DNA from: Catajapyx aquilonaris
Lineage: Eukaryota
Assembly: GCA_000934665.2 (NCBI GenBank)
Contig: KZ538055.1
Span: 62,001-126,000 of the forward strand
DNA: 64,000 nt
Reading direction: 5' to 3'
A model generated the notes under the pieces. The model was not told the DNA's origin. It made no database searches and was given only the letters and a program-made list of their open reading frames with translations. The position numbers and the translations under genes were made by a program. This document shows positions 51,431 to 64,000 of this stretch, one piece after another (position 1 is the first letter of the stretch; each line of letters begins with the position of its first letter).

Positions 51431-54142
51431 AGAGGAAACTCCGCATAATGTCAGGGTAGAAAATCCAATGGAGAGGGGGTAACTCTTCCTTTTAAGTCCT
51501 CCAGCAGGCAGATCAAAGCAAAATTCCAGAATGCCAGAAAACTCGTTTCTCTCTCTAGCTATAGCAAGCAAGTGAAATCCAAAAGCCAGGGACTCCGCCC
51601 AATCAGAAAGTCGACTGGGTTTTGTGGGTGGTGGTGGGAATTCCAAATTGCAATGACGAACTCGTGCGCTTTTCAGGGTGAATACTCAATCCGTTCCAGA
51701 AGCGTCTCCCATTCTTTTTTCCTCTACTACCTTAGCTAAGTTAGCTTCCATCTTTTTGCGAAGGTTTGATGGAGCGAGAATCACAACCTTCTGCTGGAGA
51801 GTCCTTTGCGCATTGAAGGGAAAATCTCTCGGAAAATTAGGCTATTTCATCTATGGAACTTCCCCGGCACCTTACTCTCTACCCCTCTCTTATTGCAAAA
51901 CTTGCAGTTTTCTGCATGCACTGCAAACTTGATGACATTGATCGCGTTTTCGCACACCGAGCAAAAGTTTGGCCAACTGAAGCCGCTGATGAGTTGAAAT
52001 GTATATTCGCTCATTAATCTAAATATTCTGTGCCTGTTCAGCTGCTACGTAAAAGCTGAACTGACAGGTCGGTTCGATCTGAAATTAAGCAAAATCCTAA
52101 CATAATGTAGTGTGGTACTAGCGTAATCAGAATATTCCCTACCCGCATTCATACGTCAAACAAAAAAGTTTAGGTGCTTTTCAGGAAGCACAAATTAGTA
52201 CATTGCTATCGATACTCATTACGTTCTGCTTACTCGAAAAGATATCAATTTTCCAGACATAAATTACGCAAGTAGTATCCCATGTTGCTGGGGGTAGACA
52301 ATTTATAATTAGCCAACTCTTGGACAGCTCACCACCCTGTACACTCTTCCTGTTTAATTACGCAATTTCCCTTAATTGTAGGTACAAGCCGCCTTTTGCT
52401 ATCACCATAATCAGCCAGAACTTGCAAACTGTTGCTCCTCGGCTGCAAATTTTGCGAAATGTCTCAATTTTGCGCATGAGCTGCGAGGCCCATTATTGTA
52501 GCAAGTTTATCGCTTCATTAAATGAATATGCTAACAGCGCGATTTGGACCGGTTTACAAGTTTATGCGGCAAGGGAAAGAGAGCTACGTGTGCACGCATA
52601 TTTTTGCTATTTTGCAAAACGTTATTGGCAACTTGGCTCCAGAATTCCCACTAAACATCCCCCTCAAAAGTTCGGCGTCATTTGGCAACAAATTCAGCTG
52701 CCAGGCCCTGGTTTTTTTACGCCGCCGCCTGGTTCATATTCATGCAGTTATAGTGCTAATTACGCCTGCGAATTAATGATTCTGCGAACAGAATTTTCAG
52801 CTTGTTGCCGGGTTATCTCCCCACATGCCTTCGACGCGAAATTGAAAAGACTTTAAGATTTACTGTTGAAAGCGAGATTGTAAACGTCTCGCGGAGTTGA
52901 CCATTTCGCGAATATAATGCTGGGTGTCGCAGTCTTTTTAATGACTGGGCTTGCAGATTATTATATTAGAGAAACCGCACACTTACGAGCCAATCACCTT
53001 CTATTGGCGAATTTTATCGGAGCACTTTGGATAGCCTTCAGTATCAGATGCTTCCTTTCGCATAAATCGAGATTTTAGCGCATAACAGTGGATATTTGGG
53101 AGGTTGATAGGGCACAGGGTGAGTCAACAGAGGCGACAATTAAGTGTTTTAGAGCTAAGGCAATAATTGCACTGCATAAAACTCGAAATAGTTACTCAGA
53201 TAAACTCCCTTTGTGGGAGGCAACCAGACATTTGCAACGTTTCACTGCAATTTGAAATGGGCAGTGCGGTTGACGATTATTGGCCGCACTTTTCATTTAG
53301 CGCAACGAGTAAAATAAAATAAAAATAAATTCGACGCCGTTTCGTAACCCACATCAAGCAGAATGCAAATACTGTACAAATTTGCAGCATACATAGCCAG
53401 ATGCCACTGCATCGCTCAAAAAGATTGGGATGATACTGAATTATTATTTTTTAAACTGCTGTACAGTACACATGATTTTAGGCTTAGGAGGAATAAGCAC
53501 ATTCTGTACGACCTTTCTCTCGATTATACCTACAAGTTGGAAAGATCTTCCTCTTTGCAATCAACCCATTCAACCGACTTTAATTGGCTTCATGTTAAAT
53601 GTTTTAATGGCCATTAGGCACTAAAATGTCATCTAGGCTATCCCAGTTTTAACGCTTCACTGTTATCACCCAGAATCTTTCTTTTCTGTCTCGAATCTGC
53701 GACCTTTTAGACTTGGTCATTTGACTTGGTATGTTATTACCCCCAGATGCATCATTCAGTATAATATACTCGTATCCATATAGTTTCTGTCACTTTGGTG
53801 ACTGTCCGTACCCCCCACCTTAAATGTCGCAAATGTGACAAATCCATCCTGTAGGCGCAAGCTCGTCGTATATCTTTGAGTGCTGCTGCAGGGCGGCTGC
53901 TGCTATCTGTTTTAAACATTAGTATCTCGACGCATTCGACTGGAAGACCGGGAGAGAATTATTGCCTTTCACGGTCTAATTAAACGGCGTAATAGCTGGC
54001 CCGGAGTAATCCTCCCAGAGTTAGCTATTAAAGCCTGGGGAAAAGCAGCAGTGTCGGCCTCGAAATAAGCCTCATTCATCGAAGGCACAATGTGGCTCAT
54101 GGATGATATTTCGGATGAAAAGGGGACTGAAAAGCTGTCTAT

Positions 54143-54145
<3 letters not shown>

Positions 54146-54192
<47 letters not shown>
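54146..54192. repeat. Compound (GT)16(AT)7 microsatellite
   Basis: Read directly. Confidence 0.92.
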
Positions 54193-54239
54193 CAGGGCTC
54201 GTCATAACACACTGTCGATTGTAATTATGACTCACCCTG
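54193..54239. mobile_element. 47-bp miniature Tc1/mariner-type inverted-repeat element flanked by TA
   Basis: TA-CAGGGCTCGTCATAA ... TTATGACTCACCCTG-TA: 15-bp TIRs with 3 mismatches, sitting at the end of an (AT)n run. Confidence 0.55.
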
Positions 54240-57200
54240 TACTAACGAAGCATCTGAGGGAGAGTAAACAAGTCTGGCAACGTAGTTTGTTCACCACATC
54301 CTATCCTCCTAATGACATTCTTGGGCCAAGGGAGTAAAGAATTTTAGGCGAGGTCGCATCGCTGTCTTTAGTGTACCGCAGATGACGTGTATTTGAGGAT
54401 GAAGAGGCGAACTCGAAAATCAATCTTAGGGCTGTGGTGGACCAAAACAATTTTTTGGGGGGTAGGATGCTGATGGTAAAAGCAACATTAATCTCAGTTA
54501 TATGTTCAAGTGCTGCCACTTTATTATTTATGGGCATGGGAGTGGGTTGGAGTTTTTTTTTTTTTTTTTGCGGAACCCAAAACTGCTTGGCCGGACATGA
54601 TTGCCGGGTAGGGGAATGGGCGTAAGTAACGGTAATTGGATTACACAGTCCATGGCCGGCTGGTCCTGATTGGACGGGAGCCCTTTTGATATGATGACCT
54701 GCAAAAGTTTTTCGCGAACACGAGCTACCCCCGTGCTCTATACTTAAACCGATGGAATGAAGCGCGAAATTTAATCTCGGCAGCCTTTTTGCAACGGTAT
54801 AATACAGTGACGTGAACATTGCGCGACAGTAATTACATGCAGAAATGGCCTGCGTGAATGGAGTGAGTGACGACAAGCAATATATTTACGAGAGAGCGGG
54901 GGGGAAAAATAGAAAAAAGTTAGATGGCCAGACCTGGCCATCGAACTTTTTTCTATTTATCGTCTTTCTATTATTTCTATTCTTCGTCTTGTTTTACGGC
55001 CTGGTAATGGTTTCATGTTGTTAGTGCTGGAAAGAGAAGGGTCGCAAAATATATACGGGAGGTGCCATCAGGGCGTCCCGTCACGGCATGTGTCTAATGA
55101 TTCGCGTCAAGGAAGAAGCAAGCAGAAGAATTCCTGACAGGAATGAGCTCAATTGCAGATTCATTGCCTGTTGTGTACTTTATTTTAAGACGCTCTCACG
55201 GAAGACGTGGAGCTATTTCGGGGCGTCTTTAGAGACAGAGGCGGCTGTTGGACTCGCTTAGAATCAACAAGTGAATACCAAGATGTTTCAATGCTTCTCA
55301 TAGGGGTGTGAACTGCGATGAAAAGAGTTTACTATTTTTCAGCAAGCAGAAAAGCAGCAATTGACAGCATACTTATGTGCTCTGATTTTGTGGCAAAAAA
55401 AAGCAACAACAACTCTGCATATGAGCAAGAAAGTATTTTGGGCACATGCTTTGAAATATTCCTTCTGGAAATTTTTCTAAACAAGCAAATTGTTTCTTGT
55501 TGGCTCAGCCTGGATAAACGGTCGTGAGTATTTTGTGTGTAACTTTTCGGTTTAATCGTCATGTAAACCCAGGAGTAATGCAGCCCAATTACTGAGCAAT
55601 GCTTTGACGCGAGATTAATTCGGACGGAGACTGGTTTAAATTGCTCTACATCGATTTTGCACACCGCGAGTTTGGGGGGGCAAATGCACTGCAGTGAATT
55701 TCCCAAGAGATTTTCCCCATCCTTTCCGAGGCGCGTCATGAACTCTTTTGTCTATTTATCTCTCCAAACTATTTAAAACTTCCAGATGGAGAATCCGGAC
55801 AGCTCCACTCGGTGTATGGCTTGCTTCTAACAGTATAAGATATGCGCCAGCTTCTAACTTTTGGCAGTTCTCTAAGCCCCTTCAGCCCAAGTTACTATCT
55901 GGAAAGTTGATTATTGGAAGTCGGTGGAATAGTAAGTTGTGAGAGAACACTGCAGCAGTACGTCGGAAACACGCCAACCTTTGATCCATCATCACCACAG
56001 AGTTATAGGCTGGGGTCAGACAAACGCTTATTTGTGCATGGATGACGGAACACAAGTAGTCTTACAGAGAGGACACTGCTTCAATATGTAGGACGGGGAT
56101 TGGCTGGTTTCGCATGAATGATAATATTGTCGGAGCGGGATATGTTCAATTTATATGCATTAAAAATTTAATGCCTTGAGGGGGAGAGAGACAGAGGATA
56201 ATGTAGTGACGGAGAGAACGGCTCATTTATGCAGACTCTACAGGGAAAGCTACAGGGAAAACATTCTCCCCGTGCTTTTCATTTTATACCCAAATTGAGC
56301 CCACATTGTCGTTGCTTGTAATTATTAGAATTTCATAGCCCCGCCGTGTTGTCGATCGGTTGCTATTGGAGCGAATCCTACTGCCAGAGCCTATACCTGT
56401 AATTAATGCGAGCACGGTCGTTCGGGCTTACAATTTACATTTTTATAAATATGGTGAAGATGCTGCTTAGCTGTTGATGACGCTCGAAATAATTGCCCGT
56501 GATCCTGGCCCGGATTAAAACACATTATTTGCTTATTTTAAAGCTCAATGACGCACGAGCAATTACTAATCCACTGGATGGTATATAGGAGCTATAAATT
56601 GTGGGGTTAATTGGAAACTTCCGAGAAAAGAAATACACGGCCAATTAGGTGCAAGAGCAGTTTACGACCAGATGCATTTGTAAACACGATTAATCCGCAC
56701 ATAAAATCTAATTAACCGAGGCAGCTTCTGTTCACTCTCCTAAATGTTTAATTCCAGGGGCGGCGCATTAAAAAATATTTACGCTTAGATCCTCCCTCGT
56801 AATGGTTATCCCTAATTATGCCGGGTGTTCCGCAATTTTTTTTTGCAACATGCTATGGTTGATTCCTGGGCATCATTGTACGTGGAGGATGTAGGGGTGT
56901 AAATTACTCTTTGAAACCTCGCTATCTGGATAATGAGCATTAAGCAGCAAAGGGTGCTTGATAATAATCTCACCCATCATTGACCAGATACAGCCCACGA
57001 CACTTACATCCCCTGAGCTGCTGCCTCCTATTAAAACACACCGTTGAATTGAAATGCAAGGTCTTCTGGAGGGACGCATATATCTCACAGGATATATTTC
57101 AACTTGTGTTTGAAGTTCATAATCTGAAAAACGCTGCCTCTCACACAAATGGTCCAAGGAATACAACCATGCAGTTTGCCTGCCGATTAATTACGAAACA

Positions 57201-60200
57201 CCCTCTACTCTATGTTGGCTAACCTCCCTGACATTCTGCTCCTTGTATGCTGTGCATAGGTTACCTTTGACACCCTTGGAGCACTCTCGAGTCCAAACTC
57301 CCTTTGCCATCTGTGAGTTTCCATTAACACGATTTACATTTGGACAGTGCCACGTAGACCACACTCATGGGACAGTAAGTCAAGCCAAGTTGACCTCACT
57401 CTATATGCATTGGACATTGCTGCTCTCTCTCTCTCATGATCGACTTTACTAACGCTCATGGCCATTAGGATGATTCTTACGACCAATTCGGAGAGAAACT
57501 AAGGAGATACCCAGAAGAGAGGTCCATTATGGAAACGTAGTGAAGGTTTATTTTAGAGCTTTCTGGGTCCGTTATTACGGCAGTAATTATTGCAATGATC
57601 GTTATCCGTGTGAAGCGTGGAAAAATCAGGTTATTTCACCCACCAAGTACCGTGTGCTTTGCAGATGAGACTTGTATCCCGCACATGATAATCCCTGTCA
57701 TCCACAAGTACAGCAAAATGAAAACGTAGCGCAGGAATATGGAGCCAAAAATTACCCTCCCATATACAGTATACAAGCGCAATTTCAAGCGGAAGTGGCC
57801 AAGAGACCCAAAAATCCTAGTCGATGGCTGCAACTTCATGCAGCAAGTATGGCTTGAATCGAGTTGCGGACGCCCCTCACCCTGCTGTATGTCATAAGCA
57901 ATGCATTTTGAACCAGTTAGTAGAACATGTCCGCTCCATTGCCCTGCAGTAATGGAGATAATTTTGGGGCCAGCCAGCCAGCCATCCAAGCTGTGCATCG
58001 CAGTAACGTGGCCCCCCTGCAGCACAAACACTTTTCTCGCAAATTCCCCTTCCCTTCACGGTTTTTTTCCATCCGTGTTTTTTGTTGTTGCGGTGCAGAA
58101 GAGGTCGGGAAGGGTGAAGAAGGGGTCTGCAGTGTGTTCCGAGACAGTATTCTGAAGCGTAACAGCGTGGTAATTCCCTTGAATTCCCCATACACTATGC
58201 GAGTAGGAATTTCAATTCAGCTCGTCCCACTTCCTGCAAAGTTAAAGGGAAAAAAGAGATAGAGAGGCTGGAACGAATACTGTCTTGTCTGGACTGTACA
58301 GTGCATTTCCAGCACAAAAACTCTATTGTGTGCGAGTGGGTGATTTTGCAATGATTTGGACAAACAGCTGAGATGGATACAGCCTACGATACTTCCATCA
58401 TTTCAGATGGTATCTGCTTCTACACATACTGTATTAAGATCCCAGTTAAAATGACATGCCACACTTCTCTCTATATAGGACCTCACCGTAAAAATTTATT
58501 CGAAAACATTAAGAAGCACACTGTATGCAGCAGGTTTCAAGGCACAAAAGACTGGGAAAGTTGTGGCACTCAGCCAAACTTTTCCACCCGTGACCTGGAC
58601 ATGTAAATGCACCTCACATTACAAGGAAGTACACTTTTGTATGTGGCCAGGACTATTTTTTTCCGATTTTTTTATCGCCTCCTGTCGTTTCCTGTGAAAC
58701 TAGATTGTACCTAGGCAGCCTCCATCCATCCAGGCTTCGTTGAGAATTTTGATCAGTCCTATACAAGAGGATTTTCTCCAGCCTCTTTCCGTCCAGTCCT
58801 TGTTACCAACTTTACATCAAAAAGAGTCGTCTACTTTGAGAGAGACATGGGTAATGTAGCTTACATAACTCTACCCTTCTCATCACTCCTTCTCTCTCAT
58901 TATTTTATTGCATATTCCAGACAGATACCAAAAGGTACAATGAAAAGGGGGACAAAGGGACATCCGTCAGAACTGAAGGTCCCGACTCACGAGACGTAAG
59001 GCCCTAAGCGCTCAAAACAGACAAAGGAGATGTGCCTAATGTGGAATACCCATTATTATTTTAGCTTCTACAGATTGCAAAAATGAATCAACTGTCTGAA
59101 ACTTACAATAATTTAATCTTAGAAAAATGCTTTAATATCTCTTAGATCCCGCAAGATAATTACCAGCAGTATGTTGCATGTTTTTTTTCATAACCACATT
59201 TTTCTGAAACCTTACGAAAATGACCCCTCAGAAAAAGTGTTCCTAATGAGGAATACCTCCTTTATTGGCAGAAATCACATACATATCGGGTGTAAGGGAT
59301 ATTCTTTTTGCTGTTTGAGCGCTAATTTTTACCTGTACCGATTCTGCAGACATTGCTGGCGATGGTCGTGACAACAGTTTTGCGCTGTTCAATACGAACG
59401 AAGTTGATATCTTCGATGTATTTTTTTTTTGGTATGTGGTCGGCAAAAGTGATTAATCGGTTTTTCTAGAAAATGTTAAGTGATTCACTGCTTCTCTACA
59501 TCGTCGCTGCGTCTGGACCTTTCCATTCGTCTCCCAAATTTGCCACTCAGAATTTTATAAGGTATATGAAAAATTGATCTGACGAAGAATGCTTCTTTCA
59601 GTATGCTCTCCAATTTCTCCTCTTCTGCGCTCTCAATAGTGAAATTGAGAGGCGTCTATACTGTCATTAGTACAAATCTGTCTATATAAGGAGGATCGCT
59701 TTTCACTTTGAAGATTATTATTTTTCAAGCAAACTTCAGCCCTCTGCAGATTATGCAGTGTAGTGCAAAGGAAAAGGGAACGTTCTCACAGAACTAAGCT
59801 TATTTTGCCGGTTCTTAATAAGAGCCTATAGGAGTTCCTTTCAACTAAATTGGTTAAAAAAACGACCTGATTTTTTCCTGATGGGAATATAAGCAGTGTT
59901 ATTCTCCTGAGGAGTATTCAGCAGTGAGCATCACACCTGGACTAACTTCAGGTGTCCTGTTCAGAGCAGGTCTAATTTGTAGGTAATTCGTGGCAGCTGA
60001 CTCGATTAAAAGTCGCAACCGCGAGTCTGTCTCCTCTAATTTAATTTTTGTTTTCAAAGACGCAGTGTTCTTTCCGGCAAACTACAATCTAACTGAAGCG
60101 CGTTACAAGCCAGGCGACGCCTTGTCCTTGGAAATGCTCAAACATTAATATGTGATTACAGCTGAGAATTACGGCACTTCTGAGTTGGGTAGAAACTACT

Positions 60201-62981
60201 GCTAATTATATCGTTATCACAATGTAGCAGAAGCACAATAATTATGTATTGCGTCATTTTCACTTGGCATCGCGTCAAGCTACTGGGTCCGCAGAATGCT
60301 GCTAATTACTTTACGTATGCCGGCATACTTTTAGTTCCCCATCCAGAAAGTTTCGCTGCCGCATTTTGAGCGACACAACTCCGATATAATGTTTCAGACT
60401 TTGAAATAATTTAAGCTGCTTTCCCACTATAAAACGGCCTGCGTTGTTTCTCCTAGTTTCATTGTGATTCGGTATGGATTTTAGGGTAAGCCCTTGCCAC
60501 GTACCCCATTTTCTGTTCAAACCTAAGCTTGAATATATGGACCAAGAAGGTACGCGTTGCTTACCATAAGAGACCTGCTGCTTAATGAAAACCAACCACC
60601 TTACATCGCTGGGCACCCTATTGTTGGAGATGTGAAGTGAGGCTGCACACATCAAAGATGATGCCCTCATCTGAGCGTTCTTTGACGGCCCCGAGATGAA
60701 ACCTGAGAGCAGGAGGGAATTTCCCGACGAGTAGCAGAAGCCATTAGCTTTACGAGACCTTTTCGCTTGCTGCTGGAAGGCAGCATCACCTCTCCCTTTC
60801 CTAAACATGCCCTCAAAGCATTGTTAGACCGGTCCATTTCCAGCCTCGCATTTCCTCGACTTGTCTCATCGGCCCAAAGTGCCCGAGGGCAATCTAAGGA
60901 AGGGAAAGCTACGAGGCTATGAAACTGATCCAACTAACAGTTGTGGGGAGGCAGCAAAGCAAGGTGTCGTTTTCATACAGACACAGACACATCTCATGCA
61001 AGCATCAGCTAGAGGGTTTACGGCTCGGGTTCTTATCTGCTGCGTCGATTTGTAGCGAGGAAAAGGAGGGGTTTTCGAGAGGCGTTTGAGGGTTTGACTC
61101 GCTGAGCCAGAGGCTGAGTCGATGAGCCCGTTACATGGACGTTATCTGCCTCGGGCGTGTGTTTTACATCCAGAAATGGAGGGATCTTAGTCGAGGCTGG
61201 AAATGTCGCAGAAGCTACACTGCCATCCCTTGTTTTTGGGTGGATGGCCTGGTGATGTCGGGCGGAATTCACTACTGCTGGTTGTAAAGGGTACACTCGC
61301 GAGCATAAAGTTGGAAGCGGCATGCTGGCCCTCATCTTCGGCAGGGTGCTCTTCCAATCTCAGCTATTAAGGTATCAAAATAATATACTGTTATAAATAC
61401 ACGAACACACGCCTGAAACGGGCTAACTCGATCCAAAAAGAGTCTATTAATTTGAGTCGGGTAAAGAAAGGTCAGAGAAGGCCCGCAGCGTCTCCAACTT
61501 TATTCTCGCGGGTGTATCGTCGTCACGGAGAGGCAAACGATGCCTGGCACTTAACGACGCGACGTGGGTCATAACGGGCTTCACTTACATGCACTCAACA
61601 GCTGGACGAACCTACGTATAGTGCTTTGACGTAAAGTGGGAAGAACTCCAGCTTTTAACTGACTATGATTAATGAGATTGCTGTTATAAAAACATCAGTC
61701 GTCAGTGACCGTTTTATGAGCTGTGTCTGTAGTGGATAGTGATTTGGTTTAATAATACCAACTCGGCGACAAAAAAAAGTTCATCAATACGTGTCATGCT
61801 TTGATAAAAAAATGAACCTTTCAACTTATATAAACGGTTAGCCTGAATCAAACATATTTTCCTATACATTTACAAGTTAGTGAAATTGAGATTTGCAGCA
61901 CTCACAATCGCGCCAACTCAAACTGACAAATCGACACCTTGAAATAAATTATTTTGTTACTGTCAACCGCTGGTAATGGAGACTATTACTAATTGACACA
62001 CCGCTAATTGACCGGTCGAGGAGTACTAATCAAAATTGTGCAAGTAATTAACAATCTAATTGTGTATGAAAATGGAGGAACTGCGTCGTTGTCAGCCAAG
62101 AGCCTAATCATTCATGACCAATTGTCATTTTTTGGGGGTTGTCACTATCGGACATGTCAACCACGAGGTTCCATCAGCTGGTCAAATAGACCACCACCGT
62201 GCAGCCGGCACAAAATTTGGGACTGAAGGAAACTCGATACGAGTAACAAGAACACGGGTCCGTTATACAAGTGATCTAATGGCAACATGCCCACTAAATG
62301 CAATGTTTGTTTATACGTCTCTTAAATATTGGGTTTAGGACTTAACCACTAGTTAAAATGGCTTGCTGGTCTTAAGAACATGTCACACGGCAGAATGGAA
62401 TTTTTCAAAATAAAATATTGCAATACCTCGAAACAATTCCAGCAGTGATATGGCTTCAGCAAATCACTGGTAAATCTGTTTCTCCGACAGTATAACAGCA
62501 GTTGACTCCCTAAAACAACTACTCGCAACTGTATTAGGGTTGCAGGCGCCTTCCATTGTTTAAACATTTATACCTTAATTAAGACTCAAGACCCGTGCCA
62601 GGAACTGTTTCGGCCACTTGCAGGGCCGTAAACTCAGGTGAGGCAAGGCGCAATATTCGTTGCAGTATGAACGAGGGTTGCAGTATGAACGTCAGAGTCG
62701 TAATGTTCTCAGCCTGAAATCGATCTTCCTAGTTCAATGGAGATTTTGTGGCGTCCCACGCCTGCATCGGCTTACAATGCCTCAACTTTTTTATCGTTGC
62801 TTGCTTCTCGCTTCCCCGCAGAGCTACAAATCAAAAAAGGGTGTTGGGATCTAGATACTTTAATATAGGGGCAGTGGTGACCCATCTTCAGTGTTGTCAA
62901 CATCAGGCAACGATATACTACGTAGTAAATGTATATGTAAGAGGATTAACTGACCTGAAGTTAGACAGTGGCTAGTGGACG

Positions 62982-64000
62982 TCACATCTGATTGGACAGG
63001 TTGGGTTGAGCGGGCAGCACCTGCGTGACCAGAGTGGTCTGCTCCGAGTCCATCATTTGCACAATGCTGCCGTTGTTGCCGTTGTCGTGCTGCTGCTGGG
63101 AGGAAGAGGCGTTGCGGAAATGAACAGAAGGGGAAGAAGCTGTTCCTCTTCTGCTCCCTCCTCCTCCGTTCCCCCCGTGGTTGTTGTTGTTGGTTGTTGT
63201 TGCGGTGCATGAGGATCCCCCTCCCTGGTCCGGCTGCTGGAGAAGAGCCCCAGACTGCTGCCCGGTCCTCCTGGTGAGGGTGGCCCTACAGTCTGAGTAG
63301 GCCCGTCGGTTGGCCCAGGGGCACATACGCACCGCGATCTCCTTGAACTCCTTCCGAAAGTTGTCGTTGAGCCATCCGTAGAGCAGTGGGTTGGAGCAGG
63401 CGCTGCTCATGCCCATCATGTGGCAGATGGCGTAGATGATGAACATGGTCTCGGTGTCGTTGCCGAACGGGTTGTGAAAGTCCACCAGCACGTTGTACAG
63501 GTTCAGAGGCATCCAGCTGACGCAGAAGATGAGCGAGATGGCCACCAGGAGGGTGTTGGTCTTGCGCATCCTCCGGTCATCCTTCTTCCCTCCTCCTCCG
63601 CTGGGCTGGCACTTGGACTTGGTGCTTGCACTAGTGGCCATCCGGCCTTTGAGCTTCTTGCAAATCCGGGCGTACGCGATGCTCACGGTCACTATGGGCA
63701 CCACGTACTGGAACAGTATGGAGAACACTGAGTAGTAGGCTCGGCCGTGCTCGGTCGGCCAGGATTCCAGGCAGTAGTCGATCGAGTCCAGGCCCAGTCG
63801 GTGCAGGTTGATGGTGTGGTGCACCAGGGTGCGCCAGATGAACAAGGGAAGAGCCAGCAGGAAGGACAGGGCCCAGATGCAACTGAGGATGGCCACTGCG
63901 CCCACCTTCTGCAGGTTCTCTTTGGTCGGGTAGACTATGACCTGGTAGCGGTCCAGGGCTATTGCCGTGATGGAGATGGTTGAGACGAAGATGGAGGTGG
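62982..64000 (-). CDS. NPFR: Neuropeptide F receptor (NPY-receptor-like class A GPCR), TM3 to stop; 5' part lies beyond the window
   Basis: The frame is open from the window edge: TSIFVSTISITAIALDRYQVIVYPT (TM3/DRY), IWALSFLLALPLF (TM4), YCLESWP (ECL2 Cys), YYSVFSILFQYVVP (TM5), IFCVSWMPLNLYN (TM6), ICHMMGMSSACSNPLLYGWLNDNFRKEF (TM7/helix 8). These are characteristic arthropod NPFR motifs. The ORF-track start at 63905 is an internal GTG, not the real start. Confidence 0.93.
   Translation of the reverse strand, partial: TSIFVSTISITAIALDRYQVIVYPTKENLQKVGAVAILSCIWALSFLLALPLFIWRTLVHHTINLHRLGLDSIDYCLESWPTEHGRAYYSVFSILFQYVVPIVTVSIAYARICKKLKGRMATSASTKSKCQPSGGGGKKDDRRMRKTNTLLVAISLIFCVSWMPLNLYNVLVDFHNPFGNDTETMFIIYAICHMMGMSSACSNPLLYGWLNDNFRKEFKEIAVRMCPWANRRAYSDCRATLTRRTGQQSGALLQQPDQGGGSSCTATTTNNNNHGGNGGGGSRRGTASSPSVHFRNASSSQQQHDNGNNGSIVQMMDSEQTTLVTQVLPAQPNLSNQM

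Noticed and set aside
60311..61335. Minus-strand ORFs (165, 88 and 100 aa) downstream of NPFR as alternative coding exons
   Set aside because: No recognisable motifs and no in-CDS donor found to join them; at most UTR or decayed repeat.
62660..62691. TTGCAGTATGAACG direct repeat (2 copies); similarly CTGGGAGTC repeats at ~30298
   Set aside because: Only 2-3 short copies without unique spacers; local slippage, not CRISPR or an array.
63006..63983. Plus-strand ORFs over the GPCR
   Set aside because: Antisense shadows of the GC3-rich NPFR coding sequence.

Overview
Eukaryotic, gene-sparse 64 kb, almost certainly arthropod: spliceosomal GT-AG introns (many only 70-90 nt), a DM4/DM12-type gene, an NPF-receptor-type GPCR, microsatellites and DNA-transposon debris. 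I could build three protein-coding genes by hand. (1) A 3-coding-exon gene (+, 17527-19437, 190 aa): signal peptide, Gly/Tyr-rich region, one hydrophobic segment, then a Gly/His-rich tail; it has a TATA box and a probable 3'-UTR intron. (2) A 5-coding-exon DM4/DM12-like gene (+, 25160-27852, 304 aa). (3) The TM3-to-stop part of a neuropeptide F receptor (-, 62982 to beyond 64000). The rest looks non-coding. It contains a PIF/Harbinger-type MITE with TAA TSD, an internally deleted Tc1/mariner element, a V/Meta-type tRNA SINE, one perfect and three imperfect inverted repeats, and an apparent excess of TA-NNN-TA motifs resembling transposon excision footprints. There is no prokaryote-type system (CRISPR, operon, tRNA/rRNA), and nearly all short ORFs in the supplied track look spurious. 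The best candidate for something undescribed is the adjacent Gly/His-rich membrane protein plus DM4/DM12 gene pair as a possible cuticle/epidermal module; this is inference only.
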